From positions 63,859-127,858 of the forward strand of contig CAVRAT010000007.1 in assembly GCA_963719125.1 (NCBI GenBank): DNA of 64,000 nt, given 5' to 3'. The DNA is from an uncultured Acidimicrobiaceae bacterium. GTDB taxonomy: Bacteria; Actinomycetota; Acidimicrobiia; Acidimicrobiales; Bog-793. A program made the position numbers and the translations under genes. Below the pieces are notes generated by a model. That model saw only the letters and a list, made by a program, of their open reading frames with translations, was not told the DNA's origin and ran no database searches. Shown here in pieces: positions 49,916 to 58,914 of the stretch. Positions within the stretch are counted from its first letter, which is position 1; every line of letters begins with the position of its first letter.

Positions 49916-50098
49916 CTACACCTGATGGTCGTGGCACTCGTCCTGGGCGTTCTCGCTGACTAGCCTGTCGGGGTCCTCGCCGAGTTGGGTCATGGTGTCG
50001 CGCCACATCGCCATGGCAGCGACCTCCTGCTCGCCCTGGGTCATGTCGAGGTAGTGCTTGGGGACGCGCAAGAAGAATCGCTTGTCGCGCGTAGGCAT
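49916..50098 (-). CDS. Small hypothetical protein
   Basis: 60-aa ATG ORF with GC3-rich codons, filling the gap between genes. Confidence 0.5.
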   Translation of the reverse strand: MPTRDKRFFLRVPKHYLDMTQGEQEVAAMAMWRDTMTQLGEDPDRLVSENAQDECHDHQV

Positions 50099-50268
50099 AG
50101 TCGTCCCATCGAACTCGGCGTTGGCACCGCGCTCTGAGCCGGTTGCCGCAGGGTCATCGGGCCGAGTCCCTCACCTGCTCTGGATGGTTGCGGTGGCGAT
50201 GATACCGGTCATGACACCGATGCAGCCCGGGCCCTGCACTCGGGCGCGTTCGCTCTCGTGGTGGCACG

Positions 50269-50616
50269 ATGGCAATGATGGACTCATCGGTCGGGGACCC
50301 GTGGCGGGCTACCGTCTGCCTTCACCTTCGGATACGCGTCGCGACAGAACGCCAATCTGAGTTCCGCTCATTTCTCCGGGAAGCAATACCCTTCTACGAA
50401 GCTCCGGGCGGCATTCGCGTCCGTCTCTTGTCGAAGGACACGGAACCAGAACGCTTCATTGAACAAATCGAGTACGTCGACGAGCGCACTTACCAAGAGG
50501 ACGACGAGCGCACCCGGTCCGACCCCACCATGGCGCAGTTCCTTGCACAATGGCGGTCCTTGCTCGCTGAGCCTCCGGTTGTGGAGATCTATCGCGAAGC
50601 CCCTCTAGCACCCTGA
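50269..50616 (+). CDS. Hypothetical protein, possibly dimeric alpha-beta barrel (NIPSNAP/ABM-like)
   Basis: FLREAIPFYEAPGGIRVRLL...FIEQIEY...WRSLL..PP.VE.Y. Confidence 0.65.
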   Translation: MAMMDSSVGDPWRATVCLHLRIRVATERQSEFRSFLREAIPFYEAPGGIRVRLLSKDTEPERFIEQIEYVDERTYQEDDERTRSDPTMAQFLAQWRSLLAEPPVVEIYREAPLAP

Positions 50617-50718
50617 GGGCGGCGTCACGCGTCTAGTCGCGGCGTCGTGGTCATGATGCGCCTCGGGTTTGGGAGCGGTAGGTGTATCGGACCGGCAGAG
50701 GCCGACGGCCCGGTCGAG

Positions 50719-51342
50719 CTAGCCCCCGCCACTCGCGTACAACGGCCATGGCGCGTAGGACTCCGAGTACAGCAGCGCATCACCCTCCCCGAGAATCCTC
50801 ACGGTGGCTGTAGACGCAGGCTCCCATGCCGCAATCCATGCGCCGATTGGGGATTCGAGTGGTGCCCGTTCGACACGACCCCCGGTCTCTACCTCGATGA
50901 AGCGGGCAGCGGTCCCGGTGATTCCGTATGGGGCCAGGCAGCAATCGCCCTCACCGTGCATGCCAAACTCGCGCGTCTCCGCTGCACCGATGAGGTCTGA
51001 GCGTTCGAGCAGCGCCGAGTACCAGCCGGAACCACCGCGTGCGTTCCCCTCCCGCCACACGCCATCCACCCGGTAGAAACAGGTGACCTCGGAGGCGAGA
51101 AAGTCATCGTCCTCGGGGGCGCGGTGGTGAGCATCACTGTCGTCGTGCTCCCACATCCACTGGACATGGAGTAACGCACCGACCGTGCTGCCTACCCAGC
51201 GCGCGACGAGAGCGGACTCACCCTTCTTGACCGAGACGGGCAAGTCTGGCAAGCCGTTTTCAAGCACCCACAGGCTCCATTCGTCCATGTGGTCTTCGTC
51301 GAAGGAAGCCGGAGCGGCGGGACCTGACACGCCATCTACCAT
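50719..51342 (-). CDS. Hypothetical protein
   Basis: Acidic, Trp-rich ORF with normal composition from M at 51342. Confidence 0.6.
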   Translation of the reverse strand: MVDGVSGPAAPASFDEDHMDEWSLWVLENGLPDLPVSVKKGESALVARWVGSTVGALLHVQWMWEHDDSDAHHRAPEDDDFLASEVTCFYRVDGVWREGNARGGSGWYSALLERSDLIGAAETREFGMHGEGDCCLAPYGITGTAARFIEVETGGRVERAPLESPIGAWIAAWEPASTATVRILGEGDALLYSESYAPWPLYASGGG

Positions 51343-51427
51343 CGCGCATCCGCGAACCCGCAGTGACCGAGTGCCGCGGCCGGGCACGTCCTTGTTGGCG
51401 GTCAACCTACGATGAAGGCTCAGCCCT

Positions 51428-51850
51428 ATGTCGACGGACGATGACCTCAACCGTCTTTCAACCATGCCCGCCGATGAGGCGCTTCTCGAACTCGCCAAGA
51501 GGGAACCCCGTCTGCTGCTGTTGGCGGAAGACGTGCGACTGGGCAACCTCGGCAACATGCCGGACCCGGAATATCTCTCCGAGTTAACACGCTCCATGTC
51601 GGACCTTTCTCCACTCAGGAAGAAGTTCGCGCGGGGACAAGCGGCGCGGGAGATAGCCGCACTTTGGCGAGGCGTTGCCACGGTAGAGGAGAACCTTGAG
51701 CGCAGAGTTGAGCCGCTCGTCGGACCAGATGCGGACACCGCCGACGAGATTCTCAAGTCGATTGTGGTCTACAACATCGTCTCCAGCCACTTGCGCTCGC
51801 TGTTGCCACGGCCGACCGACCCGCTCCCCCAGTTTCCTCGCCGAGGCTAA
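51428..51850 (+). CDS. Hypothetical protein
   Basis: Helical-looking 140-aa ATG ORF. Confidence 0.6.
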   Translation: MSTDDDLNRLSTMPADEALLELAKREPRLLLLAEDVRLGNLGNMPDPEYLSELTRSMSDLSPLRKKFARGQAAREIAALWRGVATVEENLERRVEPLVGPDADTADEILKSIVVYNIVSSHLRSLLPRPTDPLPQFPRRG

Positions 51851-51934
51851 CGTTCACCCGTCGCCACCAAACCCGGAGATGGTCAAGGCCCGGTCCTCAG
51901 CGTTGGTCAGGTTGATTGCCCTACCCTGGCGCTG

Positions 51935-52627
51935 GTGACGATGACGGTCTGGGACGAGCTGAAGGTTGTCCTGCTGGAACTGGAAGGCAAGGGAACGCTC
52001 GTCATGTACCCCGACCCCCGCGTCGATGACAACCGCCAGCCGCCGTTCCAGATTCATCTCCAGGCCTGGGCCACGGACGCGGCCGAGTCACTGCACCGTC
52101 GATTCGGTGACGATGTGGAGCTGGTCGTCGGCTTCCTTCGATACCCGCAGCGCCAGCCGCGGAGGCAGCACACGGGTGCGCGAGATGACATCCCGGACAT
52201 GGACCCTACGTTGATGACCGTGGAGCTGGACGCGCCCATCGTCGTTGCGTCCGGCCACACCGTGCGCGGGGCCTTGCGCGTCCACAACCTGAGCGCCGAC
52301 ACCATTGTCATCTGTACCAACGGACACGTAACCGCTCAGGTTCTGGACCCTGACACACGGGCTGTCGTTGGCTGTTTTGCCGGTGGGCAAATCCTCCCCG
52401 GCATCTACTTCCGGGCCGCTCCGGGCGAGACCGTGGTCGTGCCCGTGCTCGTCGGCACCGCCAGCTTCTCCCCTGACCTCGGCTATGTCGTCCCTGCGGG
52501 GGAATGGGCAATACAGGTCATTCTCGAACTTGAAGATGAGAACGCCACGGGGTGGCAGCGCGGCACCAACAGACCAGGACGCCGCCGGGTGCGTACACCG
52601 CTGCTGCCCATCACGGTGACGGGCTGA
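51935..52627 (+). CDS. Hypothetical protein with possible Ig-like C-terminal domain
   Basis: 230-aa ORF with coding-like codon use (LRVHN...APGETVVVPVLVGTAS...PAGEW). Confidence 0.7.
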   Translation: MTMTVWDELKVVLLELEGKGTLVMYPDPRVDDNRQPPFQIHLQAWATDAAESLHRRFGDDVELVVGFLRYPQRQPRRQHTGARDDIPDMDPTLMTVELDAPIVVASGHTVRGALRVHNLSADTIVICTNGHVTAQVLDPDTRAVVGCFAGGQILPGIYFRAAPGETVVVPVLVGTASFSPDLGYVVPAGEWAIQVILELEDENATGWQRGTNRPGRRRVRTPLLPITVTG

Positions 52628-52683
52628 ACCTGCCGCGTCGGACAATTGGCCTGGTGAATCGTGTTGGGGCGTCGCGCTAGACA

Positions 52684-53088
52684 GTGTGGCCACCGGCGAG
52701 CACACTGATGGTCATGGCCATGTCCCGGCCAAGTCCGCGAGTCTCTGAGGCTTGGTTCAGCGACCAGCGCTCCCCGTCTCGACGGCTACACGTTTCCTGG
52801 CACGGGGCCGAACGTTTAATCGTGCTGAGCGTCTGGCATGAAGACCGGTGTACTGCGAGCTTCCGCATGCCGGTACAGGACGCGGGCAATCTCATCGCCA
52901 CGATTGCGGACGCAATGAGCCGAGCACTCAGCCTGCCGAGCCGCCATACCGAACAAGTCCAACCGCAACGGTGGCGAGCGGCGCTGAAGCGCCTTCAGAT
53001 GCTGCTCAGGCATCGACTCTCTGGACTGCGAAGACTGCCATCAGATGGTGGGCTACGAGTCGTGCGAGATAAGGACGAGGGCGCTTAA
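52684..53088 (+). CDS. Hypothetical protein (actinobacterial type)
   Basis: DQR...RRLHVSWH...LIVLSVW....CTASFRM pattern. Start uncertain. Confidence 0.65.
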   Translation: MWPPASTLMVMAMSRPSPRVSEAWFSDQRSPSRRLHVSWHGAERLIVLSVWHEDRCTASFRMPVQDAGNLIATIADAMSRALSLPSRHTEQVQPQRWRAALKRLQMLLRHRLSGLRRLPSDGGLRVVRDKDEGA

Positions 53089-53173
53089 CGGGGCGGTGGT
53101 GGTTCGCACGCCGCTGCTGCGTATCACGGTCACGGACTGAACCCTTTGGCCCTAAACACCCGTCATCACGAAG

Positions 53174-53512
53174 TCAGCCTCGCGCGCGATTCCACCAGTC
53201 CCGGATGGCCGCCTCGGTCTGGGCCGCTGCCTCGGGGCTTGGTTCGGCGGCGTTGGCCTTTGAAACCAGGTCTCGAACGCCGTCCAAGATGCGGAAGACC
53301 TCCGCCTGCCCGGTTTCCGTTGGCACCCTGACTACGACCTGCGTCCGGCCGGGAACCTCCTGAACCTGGGCGCGTGAGTCTTGTTCACGGAGGTGCTTCA
53401 TGAACCAGGTCAGCCACTGTTTGCTCACTTCACCGACCAGCGGAATCGTGACAACCAACTCGCCTTCGGCCTGGTGAACTTCGATGTCGGCATCAGTATC
53501 AATATCGGCCAT
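53174..53512 (-). CDS. Hypothetical protein
   Basis: 112-aa ATG ORF with normal composition. Confidence 0.65.
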   Translation of the reverse strand: MADIDTDADIEVHQAEGELVVTIPLVGEVSKQWLTWFMKHLREQDSRAQVQEVPGRTQVVVRVPTETGQAEVFRILDGVRDLVSKANAAEPSPEAAAQTEAAIRDWWNRARG

Positions 53513-53659
53513 GTTCTCAATCCTGCCCGTCTCGTCCTGAGGCCGGGGCCTCGTTCCCCTCTACGGTATGGCGTGGACCATTGCCGCCGATCTCGGGAAC
53601 TCCCCACTCTCGAGCACTGAAATTCCCCAGTTGATCACCGGGGTGGGTTGTAGCTGAGA

Positions 53660-54451
53660 CTACTTGTCGTCCGGTGGCGTCACCCCCTTGCGTAGGTGCT
53701 CGGAACGAGCCCGGTGGGCGCGCATGCGGTAGCTGTCGCCGTCGATGTTGAAAACGACACTTCGGTGCAGCAGCCGGTCGAGCATCGCCGCGGCCACCAT
53801 TGGGTCGTCGAAGATCTTTCCCCACGAAGCGATGCCGAGATTGGTCGTCAAGACCGTCGAGGACTTCAAGTACCTGGTGGTGATGACCTGGAACAAGGCG
53901 GCTGCGGCCTCGTTGGCGAGCGGCAGGTAGCCGACTTCGTCAATCACCAACAGGCGTGGTCCGGCGAAAAAGCGCATCGTCGTCGCCCACCGGCCTTCGA
54001 GGGCGGCTCGGTGGCAACGCGCCACGAGGTCGGCCGCGGTCGTGTAGTAGGTGCGATAGCCGGCGTCGATCGAGGCCCAGGCGAGCGCGATCGCGAGCAT
54101 GGTCTTTCCCACTCCGGGCGGGCCGATGAACAGCACGTTGGTTGCGTCCTCCAAAAACCGCAGCGTGCCGAGCTCGTTGACCATCGCCCGGTCGATCGAC
54201 GGCTGGGCGTCGAAGTCGAAGTCCTGAAGACGCCAGGGCGAGGGCAACGAGGCGAAGCGTTCCAGACTGGCGCGCCGGCGCACCTCGACGGCGTCCACCT
54301 CGACGGCCAACAACCGTTCCAGAAAGGCACTGTGACCAAGCTTGTTCGCCTTGGCATTCTCGAGCTCTGCCGGGAGCGCCTCTGAGGCCGCTGCGAGGCG
54401 CAGGTAGGCGAGGTGGCTCCGCAGCTGTTGATAGATCGAGGCCTCGCTCAT
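53660..54451 (-). CDS. istB: IS21 helper ATPase IstB
   Basis: GPPGVGKT, LVIDEVGY, LTTN, AAMLDRLLH, GDSYR. Confidence 0.96.
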   Translation of the reverse strand: MSEASIYQQLRSHLAYLRLAAASEALPAELENAKANKLGHSAFLERLLAVEVDAVEVRRRASLERFASLPSPWRLQDFDFDAQPSIDRAMVNELGTLRFLEDATNVLFIGPPGVGKTMLAIALAWASIDAGYRTYYTTAADLVARCHRAALEGRWATTMRFFAGPRLLVIDEVGYLPLANEAAAALFQVITTRYLKSSTVLTTNLGIASWGKIFDDPMVAAAMLDRLLHRSVVFNIDGDSYRMRAHRARSEHLRKGVTPPDDK

Positions 54452-55752
54452 GCGATCACCTCGGCGAGCTCGGCGTATCGGGCAAGGTCGACGACGACCT
54501 CCCGGCCTTCTCGGCCCATGAGGCGTGCGGCTTCGGCGAGGGACTCCTTGCCCGGTGACCGGTTGGCCTTTCGGTCACAGGACCGCTCGGTGCTGAACGC
54601 AGCGAGCACGGCCGCCTCGAGTGCCTGGTGGTCCTCGGGCGTGCGCTTGATGAGACCGGCGCCCGCAAGAGCGAGCTGGTGGCGCGATAGCAGGCGGCCC
54701 GACAAGGCGTGGATCTCGAGTGTCGGAGTCGACAGGCGGTGGCGGACCTCGACCACAGTTGCGGAGAGCCCCGGCGGCACCGAGTAGCGGTTGCCCCTGA
54801 AGGCGACGGTGGCGTTGTCCGAGACGGTGCGCTCGACACAGATCGTCGCCGGGTAGGGCGCCCATGGCAGCGCCATGAGCGGCTCTCGGTCCGCGAGGGT
54901 CCCGACGGTCGTGCGGACTCCGTCTTGGTCACGGCGCTCACGGCTGTCGCCGGTCGTGGCCAAGAAGCGGTCGAGGGAGACCTGGGCCGACTCCGGGTCG
55001 CGCGCGGTCATGGTTCGCCACCACCGCCCCGAGCAGAACCGCACCGAGGACTCGACCGAGCCCTTGCGGTTCCCGCGCCTCGGCGGGCAGCACTCGACGA
55101 TTGCCCCGTAGTGCTTGGCGACCGGGGCGAAGCTGGGCTGGACGTCACCTGTGCCCGGCGTGATCACCGTGGCAAGCCGGTCGGTGCGCCAGACGTGCGC
55201 AGTGCCACCGAGGCGGCGCATCACGAGGTCCATCGCTTCTATGAGATGGGCCTGGTCCATCTTCTCTGCGAGCACGCCACGAATGCGTCCCGAGTGCGGA
55301 AGCGTGCCCAACAGCACATATGCGGTCGCGCCCCAGGGTGCATTGCGCCGCTCGAACCAGTCCCACTGGATCTCCTCGCCGGCGGGATGGCAGATCTCGA
55401 TGGTGTCGCGGCCCTTCACGCCCCGGCACGCCTCGCAGTGAGGTCGCAGGCCCCGCAAGCGGATCTGGCGGACAAAGCTCGGGTAGCTGAGGGAGTACCC
55501 GAGTGGGACCACCTCGTCATAGAGAGCGCTTGCCCAGACGTGACAGTCGTCGGCGAACCGAAGCCGGACATAGTTCTCGACGACGGCCAGCGGGTCGGCC
55601 TTCTGGTTGCGGCGCACGCCCGGTTGGCGTTCTCCGTTCAGATAGCCCCGGATGGTCTTGCGGTCGTGACCTTGGTGGCGGGCGATGGCTGAAATCGACC
55701 AGCCCCGCTCTCTCAAAGCATGTGCTTCCACGTCTTCCCCTTGTGTGAGCAT
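54448..55752 (-). CDS. istA: IS21 transposase IstA
   Basis: N-terminal HTH GWSISAIAR..G.DRKT, QWDW, TDR, RKGSVE, GNRYSVP; overlaps istB (ATGA). Confidence 0.94.
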   Translation of the reverse strand: MLTQGEDVEAHALRERGWSISAIARHQGHDRKTIRGYLNGERQPGVRRNQKADPLAVVENYVRLRFADDCHVWASALYDEVVPLGYSLSYPSFVRQIRLRGLRPHCEACRGVKGRDTIEICHPAGEEIQWDWFERRNAPWGATAYVLLGTLPHSGRIRGVLAEKMDQAHLIEAMDLVMRRLGGTAHVWRTDRLATVITPGTGDVQPSFAPVAKHYGAIVECCPPRRGNRKGSVESSVRFCSGRWWRTMTARDPESAQVSLDRFLATTGDSRERRDQDGVRTTVGTLADREPLMALPWAPYPATICVERTVSDNATVAFRGNRYSVPPGLSATVVEVRHRLSTPTLEIHALSGRLLSRHQLALAGAGLIKRTPEDHQALEAAVLAAFSTERSCDRKANRSPGKESLAEAARLMGREGREVVVDLARYAELAEVIA

Positions 55753-55912
55753 GACGGGTGGGTCCCTTCGACCTGGTAGGCGTAGGAACCGCCAGTCTCG
55801 AAGGGGCCCACCGCGAAACGGTGGACCGTCAGTCCAACCCGGTGCTCAAAGGTGGGGAATTTCGCTGATCATCTATGGGGAGTTTCAAAAATCGCGGGCA
55901 CCATCTGGGCGT

Positions 55913-56129
55913 TGGTCGGGATGGTCGGGTTGGTCGGCCTCTGGAACACACACAGGCCCCGGCGCGCGACTGGCCATCAACCTTGACTAACGCCTCTGTC
56001 TCCTACTCCTCTTTCCCTGTATAAACCCGACCAAATCGACCAATTGACGAGAAGTACCAGGTCGAAAGGGTAAGGCGCTGGTCGGTTGGCAGCCGGGAGG
56101 CCGACCAGTTAGTCGGTGAAACCCGACCA
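55913..56129. repeat. Cluster of CCGACCA/TGGTCGG heptamers (iteron-like)
   Basis: Exact copies at 55913, 55922, 55931, 56027, 56079, 56101, 56123; near copy at 56036. Confidence 0.7.
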
Positions 56130-56131
56130 GT

Positions 56132-56578
56132 TCAACCTTGGCCGTAGTTGTCGATGAGCCAAGGGCCATTTCCCAGGCGATGCATATCGATACCCCAAAA
56201 TGAGTCAGGATTACCCTCGTCTGCGGCCTGCGACTCTCTAAACGTGCATTGGACCTGGGCGTCGGTGGCTGTTTCGCTAACAAGGCCGCAGTGCAGGTGC
56301 GAGAAGGATGGCCATCCTGAAGTGTTTCCGCCACCCCAGTCCATCATGTCCCGTGTCGTCGGTTCAAAGTATGCGACGGCTGCCGAATAGTCCTTCTTAT
56401 TCACCGACTTGAACCACCCATAGGCTGTCTGAACGGGTGACTGCGGTGTGATTGCGTGGGCCGTCGTGTTCGTCAAGTCTGAAGTCCCCGTCGCAACGAG
56501 CACACCGACTCCGATACCGATGACCACTAGGACGGCCACGACGAACATGGCGATGGGGTGGCGGAGCGTGCGCATCAT
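56132..56578 (-). CDS. Secreted small protein, DUF4829/NTF2-like
   Basis: Leader MMRTLRHPIAMFVVAVLVVIGIGVGVL; SP......WF..VN.KDY; ends WLIDNYGQG; ATGA overlap with the upstream gene. Confidence 0.7.
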   Translation of the reverse strand: MMRTLRHPIAMFVVAVLVVIGIGVGVLVATGTSDLTNTTAHAITPQSPVQTAYGWFKSVNKKDYSAAVAYFEPTTRDMMDWGGGNTSGWPSFSHLHCGLVSETATDAQVQCTFRESQAADEGNPDSFWGIDMHRLGNGPWLIDNYGQG

Positions 56579-57134
56579 GCTGCCCCCACCGAGTCCAAGA
56601 TGGTCCTGGCGACCATGCCGTTCCCAGTCAACCCGATGGAGACGAAGACCGGCTTGTCGCGTCCGGGCACGTTTACCCTGAGAACGAGGATGGAGTAGGC
56701 GGGCGCGGTAGCCGGGCACGATGTCAGACCGTGGAGGACGAGGCAGTGAGCCGAAAGGGAGAGTGTCACCGTCGACTCGGTGCGTAACCCCGAATCCACC
56801 TGGACCCCATTCTCCGGCTGCTGGGGAGTCGGTCGAATGAGGGGGCAGGGCGGGCGGAGCAATGGACGCGCATCGGTGCTCAACGTCACTGACGTGTCCC
56901 AGAATGCCACGCCCTGTTCCCCACAGATGGCTCCTAGACCAGGGGTCACCTGGGTCCGATTGACCGGCCAGTTTGCTGGGGCCGAAAAACGCAGCCCGGC
57001 CAAGGTCACCTGTTGCCATGACGACGGGATTGCCGGTGAAGACCCTGGTGCGAGTACGACCGAGCGCGGTGACCAGGTGAGTGTGTGCAGGACTCGCTGG
57101 CCGAGTGGCCCGTCGACTGTGATTTCAACGCTAA

Positions 57135-58400
57135 GGGCTCACGCCGAGTTTGATTGAGCGTTGACGGTGTAGTTCCACTCGCCGTGAAAGTCGTGACGGT
57201 GGAGCGGAACCGCAGCCAGTTCCTTGTTGGTGACCTTGACGCCGGTTGGGTACCAGTTGGGGTCGTAGTCGGCTTGGATGGTGAGCCCGGTGCTGGTGGC
57301 GGTGGCGGAGATGAGCTCGATTATGGTGCGCAGGCTGGTAAGGGGTCGACCCCGCCAGTTAATGGTGATGAAGCTGAACATGCGGTGCTCGATCCGGTTC
57401 CACTTGGAGGTCCCCGGGGGGTAGTGGCACACCGTGATGGAAAGACCGGTCTCGGCGGCGAGACGAGCGAGCTGCACCTTCCATGTCCGAAGCCGGTAGC
57501 CGTTGGAGCCACCGGCATCTGCGGTGATCAAGATCCGCTGAGCGTCAGGGAACCGGGCGCGTCCCATCTGGTTCCACCATCTCCGGATGGACTCGACGGC
57601 GAACTCGGCTGTGTCGGCGGTGTCGCCGACATTGACCCAGCCCTCGTCATTGGCCACGTCGTAGATCCCATAGGGGATGGCCTTGGCGCGTTCGCCAAGG
57701 GCACGATCGGCGAAGTCGTGGACGTTCACGCGCTCGGGCTCGCCCGTGGGTGACCATTCGGCACCGCCATTGGCGTAGTTGCCGATCAGCTCCTTCTTCT
57801 TGGTGTCGACCGAGATCACCGGCTGGTCATCTGTGATGAACGCCCCTGCCATGTCGTTCAGGTAATGGAACTGGGCGTCGCGATCGGGATGCTGGCGTCC
57901 TTCGGTCACTTTGGCATTGGCCTGCAAGGAGTAGCCGAGACGGTGCAACAGCCGCAACACCGTGCGCGACGACACCTCGAAGCCTTGGAGGACGAGCTCG
58001 TCGGCCAGGTTCGTCGACGACTTCGATGTCCAGCGCAGCCGCGACATCGGGTTGCCCCTAGTCTCGGGATATACGAGCTCGTCGAGCGCGGCGAGGAGGC
58101 CAGGCTGACGTTCAATCAAAGGTTTGTCACCACCACCCGGTGCGCGCAGACGGGCCGCCGGCTCGATACCCGCCGTCACTTCGGACTCGGCCTTGATCAC
58201 CGTGTTGCGGCTCATGCCAGAGGCCGTCGCCACCGCGGTCTTACCGCCGCGGCCCAGCATCTCCGATGCCGCACCGGCCACGACGCGTCGCTGCACCTCG
58301 TTCATGTGCGGCAGCACCACTTCGAAGAATCGCGCGAGCGCCTCCTCAGTGACCTCCACACGGCCAGGATACTACGCGCGCACTAACCTGGCGTGGACCC
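57135..58400 (-). mobile_element. ISAzo13-family insertion sequence
   Basis: Inverted repeats GGGCTCACGCCGAGTT / AACCTGGCGTGGACCC; TAA duplication at 57132-34 and 58401-03. Confidence 0.93.
57139..58359 (-). CDS. ISAzo13-family transposase
   Basis: LRWTSKS, GYSLQAN, HPDRDAQF, ISVDTKKKE, ITADAGGSNG, PPGTSKWNRIEHRMFS, FHGEWNY. Confidence 0.96.
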   Translation of the reverse strand: MEVTEEALARFFEVVLPHMNEVQRRVVAGAASEMLGRGGKTAVATASGMSRNTVIKAESEVTAGIEPAARLRAPGGGDKPLIERQPGLLAALDELVYPETRGNPMSRLRWTSKSSTNLADELVLQGFEVSSRTVLRLLHRLGYSLQANAKVTEGRQHPDRDAQFHYLNDMAGAFITDDQPVISVDTKKKELIGNYANGGAEWSPTGEPERVNVHDFADRALGERAKAIPYGIYDVANDEGWVNVGDTADTAEFAVESIRRWWNQMGRARFPDAQRILITADAGGSNGYRLRTWKVQLARLAAETGLSITVCHYPPGTSKWNRIEHRMFSFITINWRGRPLTSLRTIIELISATATSTGLTIQADYDPNWYPTGVKVTNKELAAVPLHRHDFHGEWNYTVNAQSNSA

Positions 58401-58914
58401 TAAGCGATGGAACCAGGTAACTGCTCTGCGGTCCCGTAGGGTAGGGGTACACGAAGATGTCGTTGATGACCTCTGGGTGACCGAGGACGGTGCTGTGTGG
58501 AGACGTTGGCGGTCCGAACCTGACCGTGGTGCTCGGACCGGGAGCGGTCTCCAAAGGACAGGCGAAGACTCCAGGGGGTGGATTGACGAATACCTCTCCT
58601 GGCGGCGAGCCAGTAGGGCACGGCGGCGAGTTGTAGAGCACCCACCAGGTCGGTGGCACGGACACCTGCGCGTTGCCGAAGGCGACCGGTACCCATCCGG
58701 TCGGTGTGGTCAAGAAGTCAACCGCGGGGAGCGCCTTGGCCGTGGTCGGCACCGTTGTTGTAGCGAAGGTCTGCGAGCTAGTGAACACGCTGAGCGCTAC
58801 GGCTATGACCACCATCGCGAGCGCGCGCAACTTCATTGTCGTCATGCTCCCATGAAGCCGGGACGGAACAGGTTCGCGTACGACGCCTACACCCCCATCA
58901 AGACGGCGCGGTCA

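Larger units (their letters stand above)
53582..55900 (-). mobile_element. IS21-family insertion sequence
   Basis: TG...CA ends; imperfect 25-bp inverted repeats TGCCGCCGATCTCGGGAACTCCCCA / TGGGGAGTTTCAAAAATCGCGGGCA; subterminal repeats; CCAT direct repeat on both sides. Confidence 0.92.
56575..58845 (-). pseudogene. Secreted protein (paralog of 58915-60246) interrupted by ISAzo13
   Basis: Removing 57132-58400 restores a 333-aa frame ..YLVPSL|SVEITVDGPLGQRVLHTLT.. matching the paralog's YFVPSLRLEFGASGPLAQRVLHTLT. Confidence 0.92.
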
